Source: a virus (Duplodnaviria; Caudoviricetes). Taken from it: a stretch of DNA of 64,000 nucleotides. A program made the translations under genes and the position numbers. Each line of letters opens with the position of its first letter. The first letter of the stretch is position 1. The stretch lies in the IMG/VR virus record IMGVR_UViG_3300027898_000001; one strand, written 5' to 3'. Of this stretch, positions 35,248-43,204 are shown piece by piece. The notes beneath the pieces are model-generated. The model had not been told where the DNA came from. It did not search any database and was given only the letters and a program-made list of their open reading frames with translations.

Positions 35248-35458
35248 ATAGCCAAACCACGACTACATTAAAGTATAGGGATATAATGCTGAGTAGCCAT
35301 AAGCCCACTGCGAAATCGACACCACTACTTGTATGCGTGTTCCAGAATACTGGAGCTAGTTCAAATGCAACTAAGTAATTAATAAATGGCCATGCGCATA
35401 GAAATATCACAATAAATACAATCACGTTCAGTACACGTTCTTTAAACTTAGACCACAT
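35219..35458 (-). CDS. Small two-TM membrane protein
   Basis: Two hydrophobic helices. Confidence 0.6.
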   Translation of the reverse strand: MWSKFKERVLNVIVFIVIFLCAWPFINYLVAFELAPVFWNTHTSSGVDFAVGLWLLSIISLYFNVVVVWLFVHGDKHGK

Positions 35459-35459
35459 G

Positions 35460-35732
35460 TTACTTCTCCTTTGTTAGTCTGTATTCGTGTATTCGGTATA
35501 GCCATAACATAGAAAAGAATACAGAGTTTATGAACAGACCAAGGTCTTTATGATAGTAGGCAACATAGAACCAAAAGACTTGTGATAATAGGCAAGAAAT
35601 AAATCCTAAATACCGAGTTGTGTATTTCTTACTAGTAGAAAGCCAGACACCACCAACACTCATAATAGGCAACATAAGCGAGCACAGTATGAGTATAGGT
35701 GGCTGTGAGAAAAATATCAGAATGTCATTCAT
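35460..35732 (-). CDS. Small three-TM membrane protein (PnuC/PQ-loop-like half transporter, tentative)
   Basis: Three hydrophobic helices, GF...Q.FW pattern. Confidence 0.45.
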   Translation of the reverse strand: MNDILIFFSQPPILILCSLMLPIMSVGGVWLSTSKKYTTRYLGFISCLLSQVFWFYVAYYHKDLGLFINSVFFSMLWLYRIHEYRLTKEK

Positions 35733-35733
35733 G

Positions 35734-36210
35734 TTAATCTAATCCTAATTCGTTGAAAATATCGTCAACGAATTTAAACACGTAATCATTCAATGCGATT
35801 GTACCATTTGGTTGCTCACGCTCAGTGAAACCTGATTGTAAAGCTATCTCACGGATTCGCTCTTTCGTCAATTTCTGTACTCGCGTAGTAGCAGAAGTTA
35901 TGAATACAATGCGATACTTACCTGCACTACCGAAACAACACGTTATATAAATTTTATCCTTGTCATATATAATGTCTCGCAAGCAATTTAAACATAATTG
36001 ATCCTGAGTGTTATATATGACAACATGACACGCATCAATATCTTTACCTTCTAGTAAAAATTCGTACTTGGTATTCACACGGTCTTCAGGCACTTCTAAC
36101 GTGACAGTAGAGCACATGTTTGGTGTATCTATCACGTTATGTTTAACGGCTTCTGCGGTTTTAGGGGAATCTGGCACTACAAGCTCACCGTTTAAACTTA
36201 TTTTAACCAT
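35734..36210 (-). CDS. Hypothetical protein
   Basis: Coupled ORF. Confidence 0.6.
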   Translation of the reverse strand: MVKISLNGELVVPDSPKTAEAVKHNVIDTPNMCSTVTLEVPEDRVNTKYEFLLEGKDIDACHVVIYNTQDQLCLNCLRDIIYDKDKIYITCCFGSAGKYRIVFITSATTRVQKLTKERIREIALQSGFTEREQPNGTIALNDYVFKFVDDIFNELGLD

Positions 36211-36965
36211 AATGGTGCACCTTCTGGAAGTATTAATTGTACCATGTTGTCTGTATCAACATCCATGGCTATTTTACGCAAGACAGTTACAGTGGTCTGT
36301 TTCTGTTTAATACGATCAAACATTGCTGTATTGCTATCTTTCTTATGGATAGTCGAATCACGCCAATCACGTATAGCTGTAAGTGCAGTAGCTATTGGAT
36401 TAGTAGGCGATTCTTCACCAGAAGAAATATTTGAAAGCTTAAACTCGCTTGTGTATTTAAACGTATTTTCACCTATAACAGTAGTTGGAAAACTAGTGTA
36501 AGCGCATTCCGAATCTGCAAGAAATTGTGGACCCACTATCTTCAGATTGAAATCCTGAAAAACAACAGAACCAATAATATCAGACTTAACTGTATTCTTA
36601 TCAGAATTAAAAATCAGGCTAGAGTGCGGGTTATCCATACAACTTTTATAAGTAGCATCATCAATAATAAGAAACGCAGGATTTTCCACTAGCGTACACA
36701 TTTTATGTAATACGTTAATGGTGAACTCTGGACGTTCTACTTGCTGCTTTGCATGAGATAAAGCACTATAAAATGCGTCGTTCTCTAACTTAACTCCAAG
36801 CTGTTTGGCGATACGCTCCTCTAGTGAAGGATCCACCTGAAATGTTGCATAAAATGATTCACCTACAACGGTTCTAGCATTACCCGCTGTCCGCAAGTGA
36901 GAAGACAGTAGTGATTTATTTACGTTATCTACACAATATGTAACAAAATCATTTATACTTGTCAC
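36198..36965 (-). CDS. Degenerate capsid-like paralog of 31305..31958
   Basis: Shared in order: L(K/L)SSH(M/L)R, G..LEN, KMC..VE.P..L. Confidence 0.5.
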   Translation of the reverse strand: MTSINDFVTYCVDNVNKSLLSSHLRTAGNARTVVGESFYATFQVDPSLEERIAKQLGVKLENDAFYSALSHAKQQVERPEFTINVLHKMCTLVENPAFLIIDDATYKSCMDNPHSSLIFNSDKNTVKSDIIGSVVFQDFNLKIVGPQFLADSECAYTSFPTTVIGENTFKYTSEFKLSNISSGEESPTNPIATALTAIRDWRDSTIHKKDSNTAMFDRIKQKQTTVTVLRKIAMDVDTDNMVQLILPEGAPLWLK

Positions 36966-36983
36966 GATACTATCCCCAGTTAT

Positions 36984-37829
36984 TTAAAATGAAGCGGCTT
37001 CGATGGCTGTCCACAATGGAATTTGCATAACAACGTGCTCATTACCATCGTTAGGTGCTTCGTAAAATTTAGGCAAAGTCTTTTCATCTGCACGACGCAA
37101 GATAATAGTGCCAAGTGCTTTAACAATATCCGCATCCGTACTATCTGCTTCAAACAATTCAGAATGATTAAACTCTTGGAACAGTACGTTTTTCTTACCT
37201 TCTAAATCTGTTACTTGGTAAGAGTAGGTACCAGCAGGTTGTTCATTAAGACTACGCAATTGTTCAAACGTCAATGAAATAAGACGCGCTGGTAATTCAG
37301 GCGCTACCACTTCATCTATATTCACATTAGGATAGTCACGTTTCAAATCAGCTGCGGCGGCTACACGATTTGGAATGAAGATATAAAGATCATCACCGTT
37401 TTGTTTAATACCTAAAGATGGAATACCTTCACCAGCATAGACAACAAGACCGTCTTTGGATTCGACTCCATTCACAGTATAGGTGAATTCAAAATAGTTG
37501 ACCGGGCCTAATTGCTCTAGCAGAACCTGCTCCATATTCTTATGTACTTCCAAAGTAGATAATGCGGATTTAGCTACATCATTCTTCGGCATAGAGAATT
37601 TATATTTGTTGGTAGGTTTGAAGTTTTTGTGTACAGTGCTTTTAAATACGAGACCTGTTACAACACCATTAGCGTCACGATGATAACCAGAAGCGCCGTG
37701 TAATTCTGCTAAAGATTGCGCATGACGATCTGCGTCTTCATTGTACTTTATGGTGTCGAGTACGCTTGTGCGAATAGTCTCATTACGTACAGCAAAATAG
37801 GAGCGGCGAACATTGTGGTACAGTTTCAT
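36984..37829 (-). CDS. Hypothetical protein
   Basis: 281-aa ORF with good codon usage. Confidence 0.7.
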   Translation of the reverse strand: MKLYHNVRRSYFAVRNETIRTSVLDTIKYNEDADRHAQSLAELHGASGYHRDANGVVTGLVFKSTVHKNFKPTNKYKFSMPKNDVAKSALSTLEVHKNMEQVLLEQLGPVNYFEFTYTVNGVESKDGLVVYAGEGIPSLGIKQNGDDLYIFIPNRVAAAADLKRDYPNVNIDEVVAPELPARLISLTFEQLRSLNEQPAGTYSYQVTDLEGKKNVLFQEFNHSELFEADSTDADIVKALGTIILRRADEKTLPKFYEAPNDGNEHVVMQIPLWTAIEAASF

Positions 37830-37831
37830 AA

Positions 37832-38074
37832 TTAAGCCTTATAAAATTGAATGAAAGTAGTTTTTAAAAGTGGTTCATCTAACATAGGTATGCTGTTCTT
37901 TGTAAACCATGCATCTTTAGGTAGAACACGTTGTACGTACATTGGACTTAATCCATTGCGTTGTACAGCATACGCGCTAGATAAAAAGGTTTGAACATTG
38001 CTAGAACTGCCCATATTTACTTGATGTATAGCAATGTATATTTTAGATTTTCTTACTAAATCTCCAGAGTACAT
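37832..38074 (-). CDS. Hypothetical protein
   Basis: ORF in operon. Confidence 0.55.
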   Translation of the reverse strand: MYSGDLVRKSKIYIAIHQVNMGSSSNVQTFLSSAYAVQRNGLSPMYVQRVLPKDAWFTKNSIPMLDEPLLKTTFIQFYKA

Positions 38075-38083
38075 AAATAAACC

Positions 38084-38371
38084 CTATTTTATTTCTTGCA
38101 CAATATGCTCTGAGTTAGCACTTAAATTAATGTCTCTGTGGTTGTGCACATCAATAAGAAGTTTTGAAATTTCATCATGTGTAAAGGTAAACAAATGATT
38201 CTCTTTACCTTCAATTGAAACGAGTTCGGCAGAAAGTGCAGCCGAATGCACAGCAGCATTACTTTTACTCAATCGTTCTAAAATAAAACCAATCGCATAT
38301 AGAATTCCTAGAACTACTAATGCTAATAAGGTTATTGCTCCAATTCCTGCTAGTATGTATAGTTTAATCAT
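38084..38371 (-). CDS. Membrane-anchored hypothetical protein
   Basis: N-terminal TM helix. Confidence 0.6.
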   Translation of the reverse strand: MIKLYILAGIGAITLLALVVLGILYAIGFILERLSKSNAAVHSAALSAELVSIEGKENHLFTFTHDEISKLLIDVHNHRDINLSANSEHIVQEIK

Positions 38372-38736
38372 AGCACTACTTTTTTGACCTCGATGTTGAA
38401 TTTGGAAATATAATCTTCGTAAACCTTTTGCATTCGTTTTGCATTCTCCGCATCACGAGTATGAAACAGAGAATCTGGCATCGGTAGTCCTGATTCGTGA
38501 ACTACCATCAACATTCTCTGTAGCATATCCATACCAGTTACTGTACTTCTTGGGTCTAACCAGTAATCGAAACTAATTACTTCGTACATTTGATTGGATG
38601 CGATAGCGTCATCTAACTTTTTAATAAATTCACGAGGAGATTTAACAGTATCCCACTCAGAGAATTTACTAATACGATTTTGATATACCAGATGAATAGG
38701 CCTTTCATCATCTAAAAATAATCCGCGATTAGTCAT
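38368..38736 (-). CDS. Cyclic-phosphate-processing receiver-like (cREC) domain protein
   Basis: LFLDDER...W..VKS..EF...ISFD..L...TGMD pattern. Confidence 0.65.
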   Translation of the reverse strand: MTNRGLFLDDERPIHLVYQNRISKFSEWDTVKSPREFIKKLDDAIASNQMYEVISFDYWLDPRSTVTGMDMLQRMLMVVHESGLPMPDSLFHTRDAENAKRMQKVYEDYISKFNIEVKKVVL

Positions 38737-39367
38737 GTTTTGGTCTCACAATATGTCCACAAATATATTGTACAGCTTTTTCCATATCCGCCGCAGCGTG
38801 TTCCGCAGCGTCATCTTTTAAATTTTTGTATTGCGCTATTAATTCGATAGGTGCCTCTAATTCAGGCAATTTATAACCATCATGCAATGCTACCTTATGT
38901 GTAAGATACTGATAATCACCTTCGTACATATCAGGCAATTTACCCAATGTGGTAAATTCTACTCTATAGGTTACTCTACCTGATCTATACATTATACCAT
39001 GTCGGTATACATGTCCTGTTATCACCTTACTGTAATCGCATACAGGGTTAGTATTATGATGCACAATAGTTTCACCATATATGTAAGAAGCTCTAATGAG
39101 TTCCGTAAATTTGAACCTAATAATACTATCAAACTTTATACCCGTATTTACTTTTTTATCCTCACTGGTTTCGCGTATTCGCTCTAATTCCATCTTCCGT
39201 AATCTTCGTCTAGCTTCGGCCTGATATTTTATATTGGCAATGAAACCCAGATTATTGTTTGCACACAATTTAAAATAGTCCACCACAAATGCAATAACAC
39301 ATAAAATAACAATAATGATTAAGGCGTCCTGACATGTCAACATTTTGTACTCTCCAAATAACTTCAA
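38729..39367 (-). CDS. Membrane-anchored hypothetical protein
   Basis: N-terminal TM helix and basic coiled coil. Confidence 0.6.
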   Translation of the reverse strand: MKLFGEYKMLTCQDALIIIVILCVIAFVVDYFKLCANNNLGFIANIKYQAEARRRLRKMELERIRETSEDKKVNTGIKFDSIIRFKFTELIRASYIYGETIVHHNTNPVCDYSKVITGHVYRHGIMYRSGRVTYRVEFTTLGKLPDMYEGDYQYLTHKVALHDGYKLPELEAPIELIAQYKNLKDDAAEHAAADMEKAVQYICGHIVRPKHD

Positions 39368-39377
39368 TTGTCTTCAA

Positions 39378-39385
39378 TATTTACA
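39378..39385 (-). promoter_or_regulatory. Candidate phage promoter TGTAAATA
   Basis: The same 8-mer occurs on the minus strand in spacers at 18071-18078, 43861-43868 and 50064-50071. Confidence 0.4.
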
Positions 39386-39447
39386 GTATTTATTACTAAT
39401 AATTTAAACAGCTCATAGTTCTTGAGCATTTTTATAGGAAACTGAGT

Positions 39448-40059
39448 ATGAAAATCAACAGTAAAACGCTGCGTTTTAACAAGTCAGGATCGTCTGATGT
39501 GGTAGAACACAGAATTCGATTTGCGAGTACATGCGAAGCGTTTGACTACGGTCTACAATACTCCGCTATAAGGAATGAAATGATAGCTTTACGGTTATCT
39601 GACCTTATTCCTAAACAACCTGGTTCATATTCCATATTCATAACTGCGGTTGACGCAGCTGGAAATGAATCAGATCAACTAGACTGTGGATCATATAGGT
39701 ACGATGATATGGCTAAACTTAACACAAAAACCCTCCGCTTTTTACCATCAACTTCTGCTGATACAGTAGAGCATCGCATCCGCATTAATGTTGAAGGTGC
39801 GCCTTTTGACTATGCGACTGCGTATTCTTCTGTGCCATATACAGCAGCTAATCCTGTTGGTAGTGGTGCTGCTACTCCAGCAACTCAAGTATCAGTTAAT
39901 ATTGGTTCTTTGAGTAATGTGCCTTCAGCTACTGGTACGTATGAAGTATTCGTTACAGCAGCTGATGCTTCTGGAAATGAATCTGACCCGTTGGTTATTC
40001 ACGGTGCGGTATTCGACTTCACTGCACCAGACGCACCAACTGCAGGCGAAATCGTTTAA
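39448..40059 (+). CDS. Tandem-duplicated FN3/Ig-like protein
   Basis: Two ~95-aa repeats: K.NSKTLRF..S.S.DVVEHRIR...FDY...Y.IFITAVDAAGNESD and KLNTKTLRF..S.S.DTVEHRIR...FDY...YEVFVTAADASGNESD. Confidence 0.75.
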   Translation: MKINSKTLRFNKSGSSDVVEHRIRFASTCEAFDYGLQYSAIRNEMIALRLSDLIPKQPGSYSIFITAVDAAGNESDQLDCGSYRYDDMAKLNTKTLRFLPSTSADTVEHRIRINVEGAPFDYATAYSSVPYTAANPVGSGAATPATQVSVNIGSLSNVPSATGTYEVFVTAADASGNESDPLVIHGAVFDFTAPDAPTAGEIV

Positions 40060-40060
40060 T

Positions 40061-40092
40061 AAATAGGGGGAAATTTCCCCCTATTTTCTTTT
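40061..40092 (+). terminator. Rho-independent terminator
   Basis: AAATAGGGGG-AAATTT-CCCCCTATTT followed by TCTTT. Confidence 0.8.
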
Positions 40093-40107
40093 CTACGGAG
40101 AATTATT

Positions 40108-41085
40108 GTGAAAAAGTTTCTTTTAGCTAGTTTAATGTTTTTACTTTCATACAGTGCGAATGCTGTCATTATAAGGGCAGAGAATTTTTCCACAATGAGT
40201 GGTATTCAGATTGAACAGACTGCCGATGTTGGTGGTGGTAATAACGTAGGGTATTTTGATGCTGGTGATTGGTTACAATACGCACCAGTTACTATTACTA
40301 CCGCTGGACAATACACGTTTGCATTCCGTGTAGCTGGAAATGATTCATTAGGACAGTTTGTATTATACGATAATGGTGCAACACTTATAACAGTGAGCGT
40401 ACCTATGACTGGAGGATGGCAAAATTGGACAACTGTTACTTATACTGCGAATCTTACTTCAGGTCAGCACGTATTTAAAATTTTAACAGTTAGTAGAAGT
40501 TTTAATCTAAATTGGTTCTCATACGATTTAGGTATTGTTCCTGCGCCTGTACTGCAAGCAGCTTCATCATCCGCAGCATCGTCTTCTAGCAGTGCGCCAG
40601 TAACGGCATCAGGACCTTTAATATTAAGTAGTTCTACCACAGCATCTAGTAGCTTGTCTTCAACATCTAGTTCATGTGCGCCTGTAACGAATTGTGCATT
40701 ATCATTACCTAGTGTTATACGTGTAAATTGGACACCACCTACACAACGAGAGAATGGTACTCCACTAGCAATATCAGAATTATGTTGTTATGATATTAGA
40801 GCTAGAGATACAAATAACAATGTGGTGTGGGAAACAAGTGTATCACCAGGTTCTACAACGTCTTATATTTTTACTTTACCAACAGCATTACAGAAATCAA
40901 TAAATCGTTTTGAAATAGCTGCGGCAGATACGAATGGTTTATATAGTGAATGGGCTACATTAACACCTACAGACGGTTCTGTGTTAGCGAGTAGTTCGAG
41001 TGTTTCAACGAGTAGTTCTAAATCATCATCATCTTCATCATCAAGAAAGTTTATAGCTGCACCAACACAAGGCAGTATACAATAA
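40108..41085 (+). CDS. Secreted CBM6 + poly-Ser linker + FN3 protein with no catalytic domain
   Basis: Signal peptide ending ANA. CBM6 text (RAENF...GGGNNVGYFDAGDWLQY...TGGWQNWTTV...FNLNWF). Ser-rich linkers. FN3 WTPPTQRENGTPL...ELCCYDI...AAADTNGLYS. Confidence 0.88.
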   Translation: MKKFLLASLMFLLSYSANAVIIRAENFSTMSGIQIEQTADVGGGNNVGYFDAGDWLQYAPVTITTAGQYTFAFRVAGNDSLGQFVLYDNGATLITVSVPMTGGWQNWTTVTYTANLTSGQHVFKILTVSRSFNLNWFSYDLGIVPAPVLQAASSSAASSSSSAPVTASGPLILSSSTTASSSLSSTSSSCAPVTNCALSLPSVIRVNWTPPTQRENGTPLAISELCCYDIRARDTNNNVVWETSVSPGSTTSYIFTLPTALQKSINRFEIAAADTNGLYSEWATLTPTDGSVLASSSSVSTSSSKSSSSSSSRKFIAAPTQGSIQ

Positions 41086-41108
41086 AAAGGGGCTTAAGCC
41101 CCTTTTTT
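41084..41108. terminator. Bidirectional terminator between convergent genes
   Basis: AAAAAGGGGC-TTAA-GCCCCTTTTT. The stop codon of 41094..41342 lies in the loop. Confidence 0.85.
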
Positions 41109-41342
41109 ATTTGCATTGGATAAACTTATTAGCTTACAAGACACTACAGCATCTTGGACTACTTGCCAATCCATTATAGCCTTTGCAGGTATTGTTATTT
41201 TTAATTCGTGTTCCAGCAATACTGAAAAAGAGGCAAGAGAATCTATTGTACCACACAGTGATTTTATCTGCGTACTATCATCGAATCTACGGTTGCCTAC
41301 AAACTTACTTAATTCGCTATATACTGTGGCACGAATATCCAT
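41094..41342 (-). CDS. Divergent acyl carrier protein-like protein (Ser retained)
   Basis: TIDSLASFSVLLEHELKITIP matches the ACP helix II DSL motif, with non-canonical flanks. Confidence 0.6.
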   Translation of the reverse strand: MDIRATVYSELSKFVGNRRFDDSTQIKSLCGTIDSLASFSVLLEHELKITIPAKAIMDWQVVQDAVVSCKLISLSNANKKGA

Positions 41343-41371
41343 AACAAACTCCTGTTGTATGAAAAACTATG

Positions 41372-41659
41372 TTAGGCTGTCTTCAAACTGATATGCTCAT
41401 TAACAACATGGATCAGGTCTTGAATAGTATTAACATCATGGAGTTCTTCATCTTGAATTTCAATGTCAAACGCATCTTCCAATTCCATAACCACTTCAAC
41501 AACGTCTAAACTATCTACACCTAGTGCAGCTAATTCGGTGCCTGGTTTTAGTTCTTCGTGTCTAAGTCCGATATTATCAATCAGAATTTCCAGAATTTTT
41601 AAAGTTGCTACATCATCTCCGAATTCAGGACAAATAGTGTTAGTTTGTATCACCTGCAT
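41372..41659 (-). CDS. acpP: Acyl carrier protein (canonical)
   Basis: LGVDSLDVVEVVMELEDAFDIEIQDEE...TIQD, acidic 95-aa protein. Confidence 0.9.
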   Translation of the reverse strand: MQVIQTNTICPEFGDDVATLKILEILIDNIGLRHEELKPGTELAALGVDSLDVVEVVMELEDAFDIEIQDEELHDVNTIQDLIHVVNEHISLKTA

Positions 41660-41898
41660 TTTAATTCACTCTCGCTTATTAGTTGGTCAATGTAAATGGT
41701 TAATTCTTCAAACTTGTTACAATTCAATACTACGTCCTCAGCGACCGTAACATCAAATCTCTGCTCAATTGTCATCAGCACTTCAAACACTTCTTCTGGG
41801 TCGCCCAATTTATTAAGATGTAACCTAGCTTCAGGTGAAATACTTTCAACGTAATCATGCTTAACAAGTATATCGTATAAAGGAACTACGCACGACAT
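41650..41898 (-). CDS. ACP-like protein lacking the phosphopantetheine serine
   Basis: LGDPEEVFEVLMTIEQRFDVTVAED aligns to LGxDSLDxVExVMxxExxFxxxI, with no Ser at the DSL position. Confidence 0.65.
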   Translation of the reverse strand: MSCVVPLYDILVKHDYVESISPEARLHLNKLGDPEEVFEVLMTIEQRFDVTVAEDVVLNCNKFEELTIYIDQLISESELKCR

Positions 41899-41904
41899 TT
41901 GTAA

Positions 41905-42189
41905 TTACCTTTCAACAATTTCTATATCGTATTCTAAATCTGATAATGTTGATAGTGCGACATAAACCAGATTATTTTGTCTATCACGTATAACTTCTAT
42001 GCAATCTAAATTTACATTCTTTGAACTATTATTTCCTGGAATTGATTTACGCACAGAAACAATTTCTGTAACATCTGAACAAACTGCTAAAAAGGCTTGT
42101 AGTGAGGTGCTATAAAAATTGTAACTATTTGTTACTACTCCTGTTGTTGGATCCAATGTTGAAGATTGTGGCATTATGATAGAAGACAT
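41905..42189 (-). CDS. Hypothetical protein
   Basis: ORF in operon. Confidence 0.55.
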   Translation of the reverse strand: MSSIIMPQSSTLDPTTGVVTNSYNFYSTSLQAFLAVCSDVTEIVSVRKSIPGNNSSKNVNLDCIEVIRDRQNNLVYVALSTLSDLEYDIEIVER

Positions 42190-42192
42190 ATC

Positions 42193-42522
42193 TTACTCTA
42201 CTTTGGCTGTACCGATTATCGTATTTCCATAATCCAACTGCTGGTAGATAGTCAACAATGTTTCTGGAAAGATGAATGTATCAATACGGTTCAAACAAGA
42301 TGCGAATGACCCATACTCTTTTAAAATTATCAATGGTTCATCGTCAGACACAATATTTTTGAATTCTTCGTGTGACATTATGTTTGGAACAAAGCAAATA
42401 GTTTCCCGTAAATCTACGGTAATATAACGGTGTCCACTATCTTGTGTGATATGTATTCCAAGCGAAGACATTGCAACCATTCGTTTAGCAAAGTCAGATA
42501 ATTCCGAAGCAGCATGATCCAT
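42193..42522 (-). CDS. Hypothetical protein
   Basis: Start moved from TTG 42552 to ATG 42522 (RBS AGGA). Confidence 0.6.
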   Translation of the reverse strand: MDHAASELSDFAKRMVAMSSLGIHITQDSGHRYITVDLRETICFVPNIMSHEEFKNIVSDDEPLIILKEYGSFASCLNRIDTFIFPETLLTIYQQLDYGNTIIGTAKVE

Positions 42523-42539
42523 AATAAGTCCTATTAAAC

Positions 42540-42905
42540 AAAAAGGGCCCAACTAAACCGTCATTCTCCAAACGTAGTGTGCACACTACAATTTGCGAGC
42601 TTCTGATTGAAGTCAGACCCTTGATGAGTTCTATTAGCCTAATAGGCAGAACAATTCTTTTTAGCAAAGTGCCCTACTTAAAGGGTTTTCGATTAGTTTG
42701 ATAATGTTTTTCGGGTGTTGTATAACTTCGGATAGATTTATTGTATCCTATAAACAACACCCTAACTAGAACGAGCATATCTGTAGGCAATATCGGCAAT
42801 TGTTGAATGTAGTGGACCTTTAATAGAAGGTGCCACAGTGTTACTGAAATATTGGCACAGATACGTCACTCTAGTTTGCACTATATAGGCAAGTTCAAGC
42901 AACCA
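42540..42905 (-). ncRNA. Large hairpin-dense structured ncRNA candidate (~360 nt)
   Basis: No ORF of 60 aa or more. At least seven stems, e.g. 42574-42589, 42713-42720/42755-42762, 42812-42836. The 42543-42549/42616-42622 stem pairs fully only on the minus strand (G-U). Confidence 0.55.
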
Positions 42906-42910
42906 TTTAA

Positions 42911-43204
42911 TCAATTTGAATCCTCCGTACCAATATTCATCTTCCAGTATTCTAAATTTTGTTGTGCCTCTTCCAAAGTATCGTAGTAGTCAACGACCTT
43001 TTCGATATTGTGGTTAATGATTGTAGTGCCACGCAATCCACTTTTGTCGCTATCATACTCGGTAACATCATACGTTTGTACAATATTGAAACGCAATTTG
43101 TGGAAAGCGGTTGGAATGAGTTTGTATAGCAGTTTGTAACCAATTGTCCGCGAGACTCGAATTGAGTATTCTTTGATTCTGTTATTTACATGCTCAACTG
43201 CCAC
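42911..43204 (-). CDS. Hypothetical protein
   Basis: RBS GAGG/GGAG region upstream. Confidence 0.55.
   Translation of the reverse strand: MAVEHVNNRIKEYSIRVSRTIGYKLLYKLIPTAFHKLRFNIVQTYDVTEYDSDKSGLRGTTIINHNIEKVVDYYDTLEEAQQNLEYWKMNIGTEDSN

Noticed and set aside
42620-42660. Hammerhead-like TTGATGAG followed by a GTTCT/AGAAC stem on the plus strand
   Set aside because: The core should be CUGANGA and the stem must be followed by GAAA. Here it is UUGAUGA followed by AAT.
42540-42905. tmRNA, suggested by the ~360 nt length, a terminal ACCA on the plus strand and sspB genes in the window
   Set aside because: No acceptor stem with a G3-U70 pair, no T-arm GTTCRA-type loop in the right place, and no tag reading frame found.
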